Notes under the pieces: generated by a model
Told to the model about the DNA's origin: nothing
The model's database searches: none
The model's input: the letters and a program-made list of their open reading frames with translations, nothing else
Translations under genes and position numbers: made by a program
Shown: positions 46,663 through 58,279 of the stretch, piece after piece
Numbering within the stretch: position 1 is the stretch's first letter
How the letters are laid out: every line of letters begins with the position of its first letter
From: Hyaloraphidium curvatum SAG 235-1
Taxonomy: Eukaryota > Fungi > Monoblepharomycota
Length of the DNA: 64,000 nucleotides
Direction: 5' to 3'
Assembly: GCA_025558095.1 (NCBI GenBank)
Contig: JAIVFI010000034.1
Coordinates: forward strand, 494,394 to 558,393

Positions 46663-47880
46663 TAGATCGGTTTCATGTATATCATTGTGGAATTCAAGCA
46701 GGGCAACTCATCTGAAGTCCCCATTGACCGTCCTGGTGAACACGGACCCGGAAGGCGATCGTATGTGCTCGGATGCGGCCATAGAAGTGATTGAATCGGC
46801 TCCAGCGGCCATGGTAGAGGTAATGCGATGCACAGAAAGGCATGTGCTTGATGACAGGATTGAGGAGCTCGACACACCGGCGCAAAGTGGCACTACATCG
46901 GGGGAGGGCGTCGGACCTGCTAGTCTTGACCTGCTGGACCACCTACACCAAGCGAAAATCGATGGCCGGTAGCCGTTCTAGCTTCTGCGCACTTATTTAC
47001 ATCGAGTCAGCGTATTGCGCGGAGCAGACCGGGTTTGGTGCGTGGTTGCGCGCCATCGGCGTCAATTTCCACTGACGAGGGGGGGGGTCTGGGTCCCCGA
47101 GGTGCTGCGGACCTAAATTGAGATGCAGGCCGAATTCGACGCTTTCATACTACTACTTGAGGAATCGGCACGCCTCGCAGTGCTGCATTGCGTTTTGTGA
47201 GCGGGATGGCTCCGGAACGGCTCAAAATCGGCCAAAATGGGTCCGCGCCGACCGCCCGCGTTCACGCACAGGCGATTCAATCGACGCGGCTTTTCGACAA
47301 ATCGCGTATTTATATGCATTTCTAACGCCTCATAGCTGTGGACAACTTCACGTCCTCATGCGGGGGCTCCGCGAGGTCCCAAACTTGAGCATGCCGTGCA
47401 TGGAGCTCTGGGAGCGCTCGCTGACCAGTAGAGGATGGAAGAAAGCCATCATCCATCGGAATGACTTTATTGAACCATGTATGGTACATTAGAACGCTCG
47501 AGCATCTTGCTGCTCGGCATTGACGAGATGCCGGACGTCCATTCAAGTGTGCAGCTGTCAAGCCCGGCCCAGAGTGAATAAGACCTGCGGAGCTCTTCTT
47601 GCGCTCCCAAACCACGCATGTAAATGTGATTAGCTCTTGTCGGGATTTAGGCGTTTCCTCCATATCGTCCCTTCCCCACCAGGCTCGACGGGACGTGAAT
47701 TCGGGACGCTCGCTCACATTCGGCGGTCCTGCGACCTGAATAGCAAATGACTGGCCTTGAGTTCCCCAGGGAGGGAAGTACAACATCTCTTCTATCCTAG
47801 TTGGTCTCGGGGAGGAGAACCGAGCACTAGCATAGCGTGTAGTGAAGTTCCAAGATCGCGGTTCGGCGGCGGGTCTCAGA

Positions 47881-47912
47881 GAGTCTATCCAAGGGAGCCC
47901 TTGGATAGACTC
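47881..47912. repeat. Perfect palindrome: 15 bp arms with 2 bp spacer AG
   Basis: GAGTCTATCCAAGGG-AG-CCCTTGGATAGACTC. Confidence 0.95.
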
Positions 47913-48480
47913 CCCCGAACTCCGCTCGGTTTCCGATAGCGATGGCTGGAGACCCGACCGGTGCCACGAGAGAGCACCAAGCCGGACGTCCAGCGGCCTT
48001 GTCGTCTGCTTCCTACTGCCTCTGGACGGCGGCGCATCGGAACATTCCTTCCCCCTCGGTTCGTGCTCCGCCGTTTCGTGGCACGAATCCTGACCAACGG
48101 CCGTGTTCTCCCCCATTCTCGCTCCTATCTGGACCGGAAAAAGATCCTCGGTGCCTCCGTTGGGGCAGCCAACGGCTGTACAGTGCTTGGGGGCCTCGCG
48201 ATGTAGGTGCCGCGAAGCTCCTTTTCGACACCCTTGTCTGACGTCTTTGAACCCCTTCCTCCTCACTTTCCGGCCCGTCTATGGTCGCTCGCGCTCATGT
48301 TCAAGCCGGTTGCGGGCTCAGTTCGTGTGTGTGACGCTCTGGTACCCCTGTCTCTCGGCGGAACGTCTGTCGCGCTTCAGGGACCGAAACCGACCCGCCA
48401 CCGCCTCCTCATCCCGATCGAGCTTGCATTTGGCCCTCTCCTGCTTCATTGCGGGCCGCTGATTGTCCTTCTGGGCGGAG

Positions 48481-49534
48481 ATGGAGCCCCAGCATGCTTC
48501 CAGCGCGCTGGACGTGTCCCACCTCGTTTCGCTCGTTGGAAAGTTCGGAACCTATGCCTCGGCGGCCCAGCTCGGATCTGGGCGAGGCCTGCGCTGGATT
48601 GCCTACGTCAGAAAGTCGCTGGACGACGGGAGCGACAATCTGTCGCTCGTGGATCAGATCGGGATCATCCGGGACTGGGCAACCGCGCGCGGGGACATTG
48701 TCGTCGCGGTGCACGAAGAACTGGCCAGCGGGGCACTGCCCAAGGGGCCTGGGGCGTTCGAACGGAAGGAATTGCATGCTGCATTCGTCTCCTTGCTCGC
48801 CTCGAACGACTACGCCGGCCTGGTCGTCGTCCGGCTGGACCGGTTGTCTCGCGACATGGTTGCGACCCACAGCTACATTCAGGAGCTCACCCAGGCCCGA
48901 AAATCCTTCGTTTGCGTCAACCAGCCCGAGCTGACCTTCTTCTGGAGCGGCTCGGCGCCGTCGGCTACTTCGTGGCTGTCACTCGCAATGAACTCGCTCA
49001 TGGCACAGTTTGAGCGCGAACAGGCGAGCTTTCCCCGTCTTTTGAAGGCGTAGCACCTCTAATCATTGTTCATTTTAGGTTCGCGAACGGACCAAGACAT
49101 CCGTTGCTCAGCGAGTGCGCCGCGGCATCGGTGTCTCGCTCCACTCCCCGTTCGGGACGCAGTTCGAGGCGACCATGCCTGACGGCACGCGACGCCTTTC
49201 GTTCAGCTCCAGTGACCTCGTCGGACGCGCCCGTTCGAACGGGAAAGCTTCACCGTTGAATATCGTGGACCATCCGGCTGAGAGAGAGCAGTTCCTCTTG
49301 CTTGCCGCCTTCCACCTGTCAGCTCTTCGGAAAGGCCAGAAACGGGAGCCGCGGGAGTACGCGGATCTGCTTTCCAAGCACTCCGTGAACGTCAATCATC
49401 GGAACCCAGGAAAGCTGAGAACCAACGGGAACTTGGTCAAGGCGACGATCAAGTCGATCAAGTTCTTCTCCTCCAGGGACGGCGGTAGCTTCGAAGCGGC
49501 GGTTGCGGAGCAAATGGCAAGACTGGAAACGTGA
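48481..49534 (+). CDS. Serine recombinase (resolvase catalytic domain plus recombinase-like C-terminus), 332 aa, one GC-AG intron 49024-49078
   Basis: YVRKS nucleophile motif, SLVDQ, EELASG, ERKEL, VVRLDRLSRD. Splicing restores helix E AQFEREQ/VRERTK...RRG...SPFG; branch point CTAAT and acceptor TTTTAG. Confidence 0.88.
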
Positions 49535-49989
49535 ACGGGGCGTTCACGATCTGTGCCAGGGGTGGGGAGGCGCGGAGGACGGGGCAGATGCCAAGATAGA
49601 CCATATCCTCTTGTAATCCTTTCCTCGACATTACTGCATCCTTATCTGTGTTTCAAGCAGTCATTTCCATTCATTTGATTCCGTCTTTGATGCCAAGCCC
49701 GCGAAATCTAGATGGTCTTGCCGGAAACGTACACGAGGAGGCAGACAGGTCACCATCGGCCACGGAGCTGCTCGTCGACATGGCATCGGCAATCCTGCAT
49801 GTTGTGTTCTCCATCTTCGGCAACCAGCCGCTTCTCGGGAGGGGTTCTGAAGTGTGGGCGAAAAGTTGGCCACATCTGAGGTGACCAGGGGACCAAGCGT
49901 CCCTCGCGTGAAGCCCCAAACAAGAGCAATCAAAAACGACATTTGCTCTCTTCACCAAAGAACCCGTTGCGCTTGATTCCAACAGGTAG

Positions 49990-50370
49990 ATCGCGCCAAC
50001 GGCGCGCAGCGCGTCTCGAGCGTCGACAGTCCGTGAGCAGCGAGCCCGCCATAAGATCCACGTGACACGCTGAAAGAGCTCCCTCCAACGAACATCCGAC
50101 GGAGCGAAGAGCCAAGAAATGAGCACATTCGAAGGGCGAGCGCGACAAACTTCGAGCCGGCCAAATCCTGCAGCACACGAGCGACGCGGCCCATTCCGCC
50201 CGTGCCTGAGGTTTCTAAAGGTTCCCAAAAGTGCTCTCGGCGCGCGGTGCTCGAAGGCACCCGCGTCGCGTCACAGCGAGGAGATGTGCATGGTTTTCCG
50301 TGCCCCAAGAGTCCGGAAACGCGTTGCTTCAGGTTCCACTGGCCAACTGCTCCATAGAAAAGATAAAATC
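49990..50370 (-). pseudogene. Possible decayed C-terminus of an L1/Tx1-like non-LTR retroelement ORF2
   Basis: PCTSPRC...EHFW followed, in another frame, by WRELFQRVTWILWRARC. Confidence 0.3.
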
Positions 50371-50650
50371 ATCGGATAACCGTGTTTCCAGGAGGACTGC
50401 AGCCCGCGAGGCGACTCCGCGCAAGGTCCGGGAAGAGCACCATGTCCTGGACCCCGGCGCCGCAGAACTCCACATCGAGCACCAGGGAGGCAATCGGGAG
50501 GTCTCGAGACGCGCCAGGAGAGCCGGGAATGGGCCAGAATCGCGCAAAATGGCGTGGAAACGGGCTCCGGATTCGGGTCAGTAAACATTATTTTCCTTAA
50601 TAGATTTTTCAATCTCCAGGTAATCAAAAACAAAAATCGCCGCTCCGGGG

Positions 50651-51090
50651 CGGGGTTGGTGGGGCCCCGGTAAGAGGCCGCTGCGGGCCAACCGCGTGCT
50701 CTGCGAGCTGGACGGTGGTGGATCTTCGGGATATTAAGCCGGGAGCTCGGGTGCGTGGCGTGGATGGGGCCGTGCGACGTGCCGCGACATGCTGAGTCGC
50801 GGGGGCCCAAACCGCCCAGAAAAGCACCGTATGTAGCGGCCCATCGGACCCGTCCTAGTAATTCGGACACGAAGCGGCGTCGGGATATTGGATATGAACG
50901 CGGATGCGCTGCTGCGAGCTGTGATTTGGGCCGCGAGGGGGGTGACCTCGGAGATCACCACGGTCGGCTCGGGCGCGGAACGCTGCGGTGGCCCGAGACT
51001 GCACCCGGCCGGGGCGGCGGCCCTCAGGCAGAAACCTGCATCGGGATACGGGCCGCCGCCAGGATCTGCGGCTCTGCGGCGTGGTATGTG
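50651..51090 (+). repeat. Diverged long direct repeat, copy B
   Basis: Aligns by eye to 41787-42210 at an offset of about 8865 bp. Confidence 0.75.
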
Positions 51091-51244
51091 AGACAGCGCG
51101 CGGGACGCCGAGCGCCCGGCGGTAGATAGGCGGAATGGGTCGGGAAGCGGTAGACTGCAAAACCATGGTGGCAGCACGGCGAGCATGGTCCCCGATCGAG
51201 CGCCGGACAGTGGGTTGAGAGGTGGAGGTTGTGGTGGCGAAAAG

Positions 51245-51292
51245 GTGGACGGCTCAAAAGGACCGACCCCCGTGGACGGCTCAAAAGGACCG
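51245..51292 (+). repeat. Two exact 21 bp direct repeats, period 27
   Basis: GTGGACGGCTCAAAAGGACCG at 51245 and 51272. Confidence 0.9.
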
Positions 51293-51362
51293 CGCCCCCG
51301 GGGGCCCCACCTCTAGACCCTGATCTTCAGGCACCACCAACCACCGCCCCAACCGAACCGCC

Positions 51363-54300
51363 ATGGGCTCGGCGACCCCTGGAGATCGTCGGCGATTGGC
51401 CCGCCTCTTCGTCGCGGCCGTCTCGCCGTTCTTCGTCCTCCTCGTGGCCGTAGTCTTCGACCATCGGCTGATCCAGGCAATCCAACCATGGCAGACCGCC
51501 CGGGCGCGGCCTGGTATCGCGCATCCCGACTGCGCCGGTTACGGTGCTTCCGTCGCGCTGGCGTGCTTCGAAGCGACCGGGATTGGCATCGCGCGGGTCC
51601 CGGACCCGTGTTTCTCCGCGACCCCGTTCGTTACCTCCGCAGACACTTCGCCTCTTTTCCGGCCGACGGACACCACCCTCCTCGGCGCACATATCGACAT
51701 ACTCTTCTTTTGGCCCCGTACGGTCGCGGCGCTCGCCTTCATCGCCGCCCTGCGAGTTGTGATCCCCCTCGCCGCCGCCGCGCTTTTCCCCACGATCGTC
51801 TGCACCCCGTTGCTCGCCTCCGCGGCGCTTGCATTCCTTGCAGTCTCATGTATCCTGTCACCTCTGTCTGCCGCCGGGCTCGTCCGCCTCGCGCGGCGCC
51901 GTGCCAGTGGACCGTTGCTGGGCCGCCGCCGCCGCTCGCCTCGTCGGCGCATGACCCCCCGCCCGCGCTGCCGTCCGCGTTGCAGCCCGTTGACGCCGAC
52001 GGTACGGGTGAAAGCCGGCGGAGCGCCGCGTCTCGCGACAACCAAGATCCGGGCGCCCGTGCTGTGGCGTATTGCCGCGGCTGTGGTGGAATGGCTGTCG
52101 CGGGCTCGGGCATCAGCGGCCCAAAGGTTGCGCCTGTGCGTCGTGAAAGCCCTGGCTCACACGCCGCCCGTGGACCGGCCTCGGGGGCCGACGCCACGAC
52201 TCCCCCGCCGCAGCGCCGTAGCCCCCATGCCTCTCCTCGCAATGTTGCTGGCTCTCCTCGCCCTCTTCCCCCTGCCCACGGCCGCCACGGACTCGCAGCA
52301 GGCTACTGCGGGTGTCGGCTGGATGCATGGTGCAGCGTTGGCGGCGCTGTTGGCGGCGGCATCCGCCCAGTTTGGTGCGAGTTCAGATGGCCCGAGCAAC
52401 CCCCCGGTGAGTTCTCGCTCGCTCGGAAGAAGGGTCAATCGTATGACCGACGGATGCATCCCCAAGCTGCTTTGGACGCTCGCCAAGATGGGCAAGCTCA
52501 TGCCCTGGGACCAGCCCATCCCTGCGAACCCCCCGCTTACCGAGGACCCGGAAGACCCCGAGGACATCGATCCGGCTGCGGAGGACGATGCCGGTTCCGC
52601 CGCCGGGGCCGGGATCCCGGCAACGCACGCGACGGCGACGACCGGCGAGACCCCGCTGCCTCTGCCCTCACCCGATCCCACGCCCACTCCCGCCGAGGAG
52701 CAGGACGCCGCCTCAGCCCTCGGACCCGCGCCCGGGCATGCAGTTGAGCACGCGGAGACGCCCGATCCTGCTCTGGCATCTGCAGCCCCCGACAGCCTGG
52801 CGGCGGCGCAGCCCACCCTCCCCGCGCTCCGGCCAGACATCCCCCTCATCAGGCAGCCGCCAGAGGTGGTCTACGCGACGGGCAGCGTACGCCGACCCAA
52901 GGACGCCTTCGTGCGCGTGCATCGCGTGACGTACGCGAACGTTGATCGGGTGACAACTGTGGAGGTGGCCGAGAAGGCCAAGAAGAAGCACGAGGCGGCG
53001 TTCAAGAACGGTGAGCTATCCCGCGAAATCGTCGTCCTCCGCGCGCTGACGTCGACCTGGCAGCCGGCCGCGACGAGTACGAGGCCGCGTCCACCGAGGC
53101 GGTCGAGGCCGAGGGCATCGGCCAGCCCCCGCCCAAGACCACGTCCGACACGGGGATGGTCTACACGGAGAACGGCGAGATCAAGGTCGAGCGCGCCGAC
53201 AGGCGGCTCCAGCGGCTGCTCGACCTGTTCCGCGTGACTTTCACGGGGACGCAGGCGCTGAAGCGTTTCGAGCTCAAGAAGGTCGGCGACGCCGACATCG
53301 TCAAGTTCGCCCTCCTGCACAACGCGGACTTCGTCTCCGAGTCGGACGCCTCCATCCACTCTCTTACAGCCGCCGTCAGGGCCGCGGAGAAGGCGTTCGA
53401 GGACGAGGTGGAGGCCCGCCGCGCAGAGCAGGACGCCGCTCGCCGTGCCGCTTCCGGGCCGGCCGCGGACGGCGCGGAGGGCGAGGACGCCGGCGGGGAG
53501 GGTGGCGAGGGAGCCAACGGCGAGGGGGATGGTGGCGGTGGCGGCGGCACGGTGCCGACCAAGCGGAAGCTGCAGGTGGGCTTGAGTCGTTTTGAGGGTC
53601 GGGTTGGGGACTCACCGTCAGCCAGACCGCAGCCGACAAGCTCCCCCACCCCTCCCCCGCCGACCACCCTCACCGAAAGTCCGAAAGGGCGAAGAAGCAG
53701 CGCAAGGCGGCACAGAGCGACGGCACCAACCCCGCTCCGCCGAAACCCAGCCACGGCAGGCCCCGGCGGCCCAAGGCTCCCGGCCCCGCCGCCACGCGCG
53801 TCCCTCCCCCGACGGATGCGCTGCTCCGCGACCCCGCCTGGGCCGCAGCCGGGCGCGCGTTCCTTTCGGCTCTTTTAAATGCCGTGGAGAGCCGCCTGAA
53901 GGATGAATGGGCGGCAGCTTGGTCGCTCCGCAGCACGGAGACGGACGTCTTCGACGCGGTGGAGCTGCGGATCAAGGCGTGGCCTGGCGCCCCCGACGCG
54001 CCCCTGATCCCCGCTGCCGAGCTGGAGGGGAGCCGCGCGCGCCCCGCGGACGAGGACGACGGCGAGTACGAGGAGGACATCGAGTGGCCGCCGGGCTTGG
54101 GCCCTGAAAGCAACGCCGCCGACCGCGCGGACTCGGAGAGCGAACGCAGCGACGAGGAGTGCGAGTTCGACCCCATGGATGTCGACGAGGACGCCATGGA
54201 TTTGGACGACGATGCCTCCTCGGAAGGCTCCGCGCCCGGCGGCCCGACCTTGCGGTCCTCCGGCTCCCCGCTTTTCAAGATGGCCAAGGGGGAGGCCGAG

Positions 54301-55364
54301 GCGCTGCTCGCTGCGGTTCGCGCCGAGAGCATTGCGGCGCGGAACCATCTACTCGCGCTAATCCCGCGCCTGGTCGTGGCGTCGGGATTGACGGGCATGA
54401 TCGAGAGCGACATCTTCCTCGGATTCACGCGGGGCTTCCACACCTGGGAGCAGGCCTACCAGGCCAAACAAGACGGGGCCCTCACCCGCAAGGGGATGGC
54501 AGAGCTGCAGAATGCCCTCAAGGGCAAGGAGAAGATCACGAACCGCATGGGGGTGGCGGACGTCATCTACCGCTACCTGAAGGCGGTGGGGCTGTGGAGT
54601 CCGGAGATGAATGCCTGTGGGAGACTGACAACGCCGTGGTCGCGGTTCCGGTCGAGCTGATGGCGCCACCCTATTGCAGGCACGGGCACCTTTGCTGACG
54701 GTGCAAGCGCCGGGCGGAAAAGGGCGTGCGACGAGAAGGAGCGCTTCGCGACCGCGTTCGGGCGCTCGAGGCGGATCGGGCGCTTCTGCGAGGATAAGGG
54801 ATCCGTGTTCCACCTCGCGTTCGCCGCTCTGGTCGCCCGCGATGGTGCCGACAAGCTCGACGACCCCGACATGTGGAAGGGCCTCTGGGCCCACGCAGCA
54901 TTGGAGCCGCAGCTCGTCGAGGCAGCCCGGCTCCGGCTTGCCGACCTCGTGCGTCTCTACCTGGACGAGTCGGCCATCCGTCAGCGCTTGCTGGAACCTC
55001 CCAGGCCCAAGCCGCGTGACCCTATAGCGGGGCCCACTGCTACACCCGCTGCTGGCCCCGCCCTTGCGCATGCCCCCGCTGCACCTGCACCTGCCTCCGC
55101 GGCCACGATCCCGTCGACGGCGTCGCCCTCCCCGTCGCTGCCGGCACCCGTGCCACCTCCCGCTGGCGCGCCCACGCCCGCCCCCGCATCCGCATTGACT
55201 TGGCGCGCGACTATCGACAACGCGATCGCGCGCCTGCGCGGCGTCTACCCCCTCCCCGCGATGCAGGACGCCGCCTTGAGGGAGCGTAGCTGGGTGTCGG
55301 CCGCGGCCGGCACCCTCGCCCACTTCCGCGGGCAGGACGACCACCTTCCCCTCCTCATTAACCG
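51363..55364 (+). CDS. Large hypothetical multi-exon protein, 3'-truncated at the island boundary
   Basis: Codon-biased exons (about 52450-53010, 53065-53576, 53880-54616, 54680-55364) with acidic and Pro-rich linkers. Runs without a stop into the antisense of the next gene; start uncertain. Confidence 0.55.
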
Positions 55365-56840
55365 GCGTCCGTGCTGGAGAGCGTCTTCGACGTGGTGGAG
55401 AGAGTCTTCCGAGGTGGAGCTCGGCGTTTCCGTGGTGAGCGTCTCCGACGTCGAGCTCGGCGTTGCCGACTCGGACGTCTGGGGCCCCGAAAGCATCAGC
55501 GCTGCCACGGGCTCGCAGCCGGGCAACGTGCAACGTACCGTCGATGGCGTGGAGGACTCGGAGGTCGTGCTCGAAGTGGCGGTCTCGGTGGTCTGCGGGC
55601 ATCCTTTCTGCTCAGCACCCTTTCTCCAAACGGCAAGGAAGGACTGTACGAACCTGCGTTTCCGTCGTGAGCGAAACGGTGACAGAGGTCGACGAGATGA
55701 GGGACTCGGAGGTCGTTGCCGTTGCGGAAGCAGATTCGCTGGTCGTCGCCGTCAGGCTCTGCGACTCCGAAGTCGTTGCAGTCAAGCTCTGCGACTCGCT
55801 GGTCGCTGCGGTCAAGCTCTGGCTTTCGATGGTCGTCGCAGTCAAACTCTGCGTCTCGCTGGTCGTTGCGGTCAAGCTCTGGCTGGATGCCGCAACCGAC
55901 GTCACACCGCCCAGGGCGACAGTCGTCGTGCCGCCCGCCGCCGCCGTCGTCTCCCCCGCCCGCTGCGCCAGCTCGAACGTCGACGGCACGGGCCTGCGCC
56001 CCTGGATCACGAACGTCCCCAGCGTCCCGTTCGGCCCCGCGATCGCCATCCTCGTGCCCTCCCCCGGCAGCCGGAAGCTGATGACGAAGCGGCCGTCGGG
56101 GCCGGTGGAGTAGTCCCCCGCGGCGCCGGCGGCGCGGGCGAGGGTGACGACGGAGAGGGGGACGGAGGGGGAGGGGAGGTCGGGGGGTTGGGAGAAGGTG
56201 CCGGAGCCGTCGAGGTCCCGGAAGAGGCGGCCGCTGACGGTGACATTGAGACGTCGGGAGGGGGTGAGGATCAGCACGGCCGAATGACGGCGGGAGCACA
56301 CGTAGATCGACACACCGGGGCGGCGGTGGTCGCGGGCCGGCCGGGGACCTGTCTGAGCACGGTCCGCGTGGCGGTGCGGGTGCGGGTGACGGTGCGGAGG
56401 CGGAGGACGGGCCCGGGGCAGCAGAAGGCGGCGTTGCCGGGGGCGTTCTGCCGCGGGACGACGCCGGCGGGGCACGCGGGGCACAGGTTGCGGGCAAACA
56501 GGCTGCCGGCGGCGGGGAACTCGACGTCAAAGGTTCCCCGCCCATCGGAGCCCTTCCCGTCGCCGATGGCGCGATCGTCGGCCGGCGGATCGGCTGCCGA
56601 CGGCGCATCGGCGGCGGCCCGCGCGGCCCGCCGCGTCGCCGTCACCGTGCGCGTCCGCACGACGGTCTTTGTGCGCGTTCGCAGCACGGTGCGGCGGTGC
56701 CCGCAGCAGCACGGCGCCGCGTAGACGCAGCCGCGGCAGCACAGCGGCGCGGCGCGGAAGGCCGGCACCGTCGCGGCGGCCGGCGCCCGCAACGCCAGGA
56801 GGAGCGCCGCCGCGGCGAAAAACACCGCAGAAGCCCGCAT
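55365..56840 (-). CDS. Secreted protein with Cys-rich N-terminus, SdrD-B/Cna-B-like domain and S/T-rich repeats; 3'-truncated
   Basis: Signal peptide MRASAVFFAAAALLLAL, LFARNLCPACP...CC, VSGRLFRDLDGSG, and 30-bp repeats encoding SQSLTATTSE (about 55700-55885). Confidence 0.7.
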
Positions 56841-57378
56841 CGCGATCGGCGGTCGCGGGCAGGTTCGATGTGCTGCGGGTAGCTCGCGGGTGATGACCGG
56901 GTCCAGCGCACTCAAACGCACGGCCGCGGGGCGGAGCCCGCCCCACCAGCCATAAGGTCCCTCCCGCCCGGCCCGCCGGCCAGCTCGCAGATGCATAGAG
57001 CGGGCACTAAAGCATCCGTGAGGGTGGAAAATATATGGAGCCAACGCTCGTGGCCCTGCGGCCGGCCCAAGCCCTGGCTCGGTGTGGTGTATCTCGCGGC
57101 CAAATCAACTTGCCGCAACGTCTGCAATGCCAGTTTGCGAAAGCGGACCGTGGCGAAGCGTCCGGAAATTAGAACGGCGTAACAGCCGGAACAGAAGATC
57201 CGCCGCCCCGGAACCCGCAGCTCGTCGTGCGGAGGAGGAAAAGCGGCACAAACGCCTCGGCTGGCGGCGGCGAAGCCCCCGCAAGCCCGCCCACGAGCAT
57301 CTCGAAGGAAAAAGGGACCGCCGGAACGAACGCAGGTCGCGACCGATAAATCTTCGATGGAGGCACCCGACACCGGCC

Positions 57379-58279
57379 TCACTGCACCTTCCCCGCCTGC
57401 TGCTTGACCCACAGCACCTCCACCGCCTGCCTCAGGCTGTCCCTCTCCAGCCTGGCCTCCTGCGCCCTCGTCGCCGCCGCCAGCAGGAGCAGCACCCCGA
57501 ACACGCCCCAGATCATCAGGAAGAACCAGGGGGATTTGGCAAAGTTCACGAACGAGCGCGCGGGGGGGGTCCGGTTCCGGCGGGGGGGTGACGGTCGGGC
57601 GCGGGGGGAGTTGGGTGGGGGGCGTCGTGGCGGTGCCGTAGGGGATGGAGACGGGGAGGGGGACGTACCAGTCCCGGGTGGTGACGACGACGATGGCCTG
57701 CGGTTGATCGAGGTTGGGAGGGGAAAGGAGGGTGGTCGGTCAGAGTTCTGTCCAGACGGCGCGGCAGCCGCCCACCTCGAAGGTGATTGTCGTGTTTGGC
57801 TGGATTCCCGATCCGCGCCAGGTGACGGTCAGCGAGGGGCTCTTCAGGTCGGGGTTCTGCGGGCCGAAAGGGGATCAGGCGGCCACACGAGGACGCTCCT
57901 GGTTCCCGGACGGTCCCACGTTGTGCTGCAATACCGACCCCGGCGCCCCCTCGCACCGCTCCTGCGGCTCCAGGTAGCCCGGATACCCCGCGAAAGCCCC
58001 CACGCGTGCCCCGCCCGCATCCCTCGCCGCGAGCACCAGGCCGCGGTAGGGAACCCCACCGAGCGCGACCGTGACCTCGGCCCCCGTGGGTGAGTAGGCG
58101 GAGAGGACGAAGGCGCCCTGCAGCCCGGAGCCGGGGCCGTGGCGCGTCGACACCATGCGCTCGAGGGAGGCGGGGGAGGCATCGCAGATGCCGCCGGCGT
58201 TCGTGCGGAAGCAGGATGCCGGCGCGACGACGGCGGAGAGCAGCGCAAGCAGGGCGGGAACCGCACAGAGCCGCGGCAT
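57379..58279 (-). CDS. Reeler-domain membrane protein
   Basis: Signal peptide, F...C...H, YRGLVLAARD...VGAF, C...LQHN, LTVTW; Pro-rich linker and C-terminal TM helix; two introns. Confidence 0.7.

Larger units (their letters stand above)
35258..55364. mobile_element. Putative 20.1 kb circularly permuted giant mobile element (serine recombinase, DDE transposase, HNH, cargo)
   Basis: Host genes are truncated at both ends, and CCG occurs at 35258-35260 and 55362-55364. The two end fragments rejoin in frame; mobile-element genes lie inside. Confidence 0.6.

Noticed and set aside
46685-48460. Small ORFs around the palindrome (46685-46972 plus, 47322-48266 minus)
   Set aside because: No recognisable domain and weak codon bias; cannot be supported as genes.
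42247-50587. Possible TIR pair TGTTTACTAGACC / GGTCAGTAAACA
   Set aside because: Only about 12 bp with a gap and no target-site duplication; too weak to call.
46663-51300. Fanzor/TnpB partner for the serine recombinase (IS607-like system)
   Set aside because: No RuvC motifs or zinc ribbon seen in nearby frames, and the recombinase lacks the N-terminal HTH of IS607 TnpA.
55358-55361. TTAA as piggyBac/Kolobok target duplication (also at 41700 and 50597)
   Set aside because: No TTAA at the left junction, no matching TIRs, and the transposase is not piggyBac-like.
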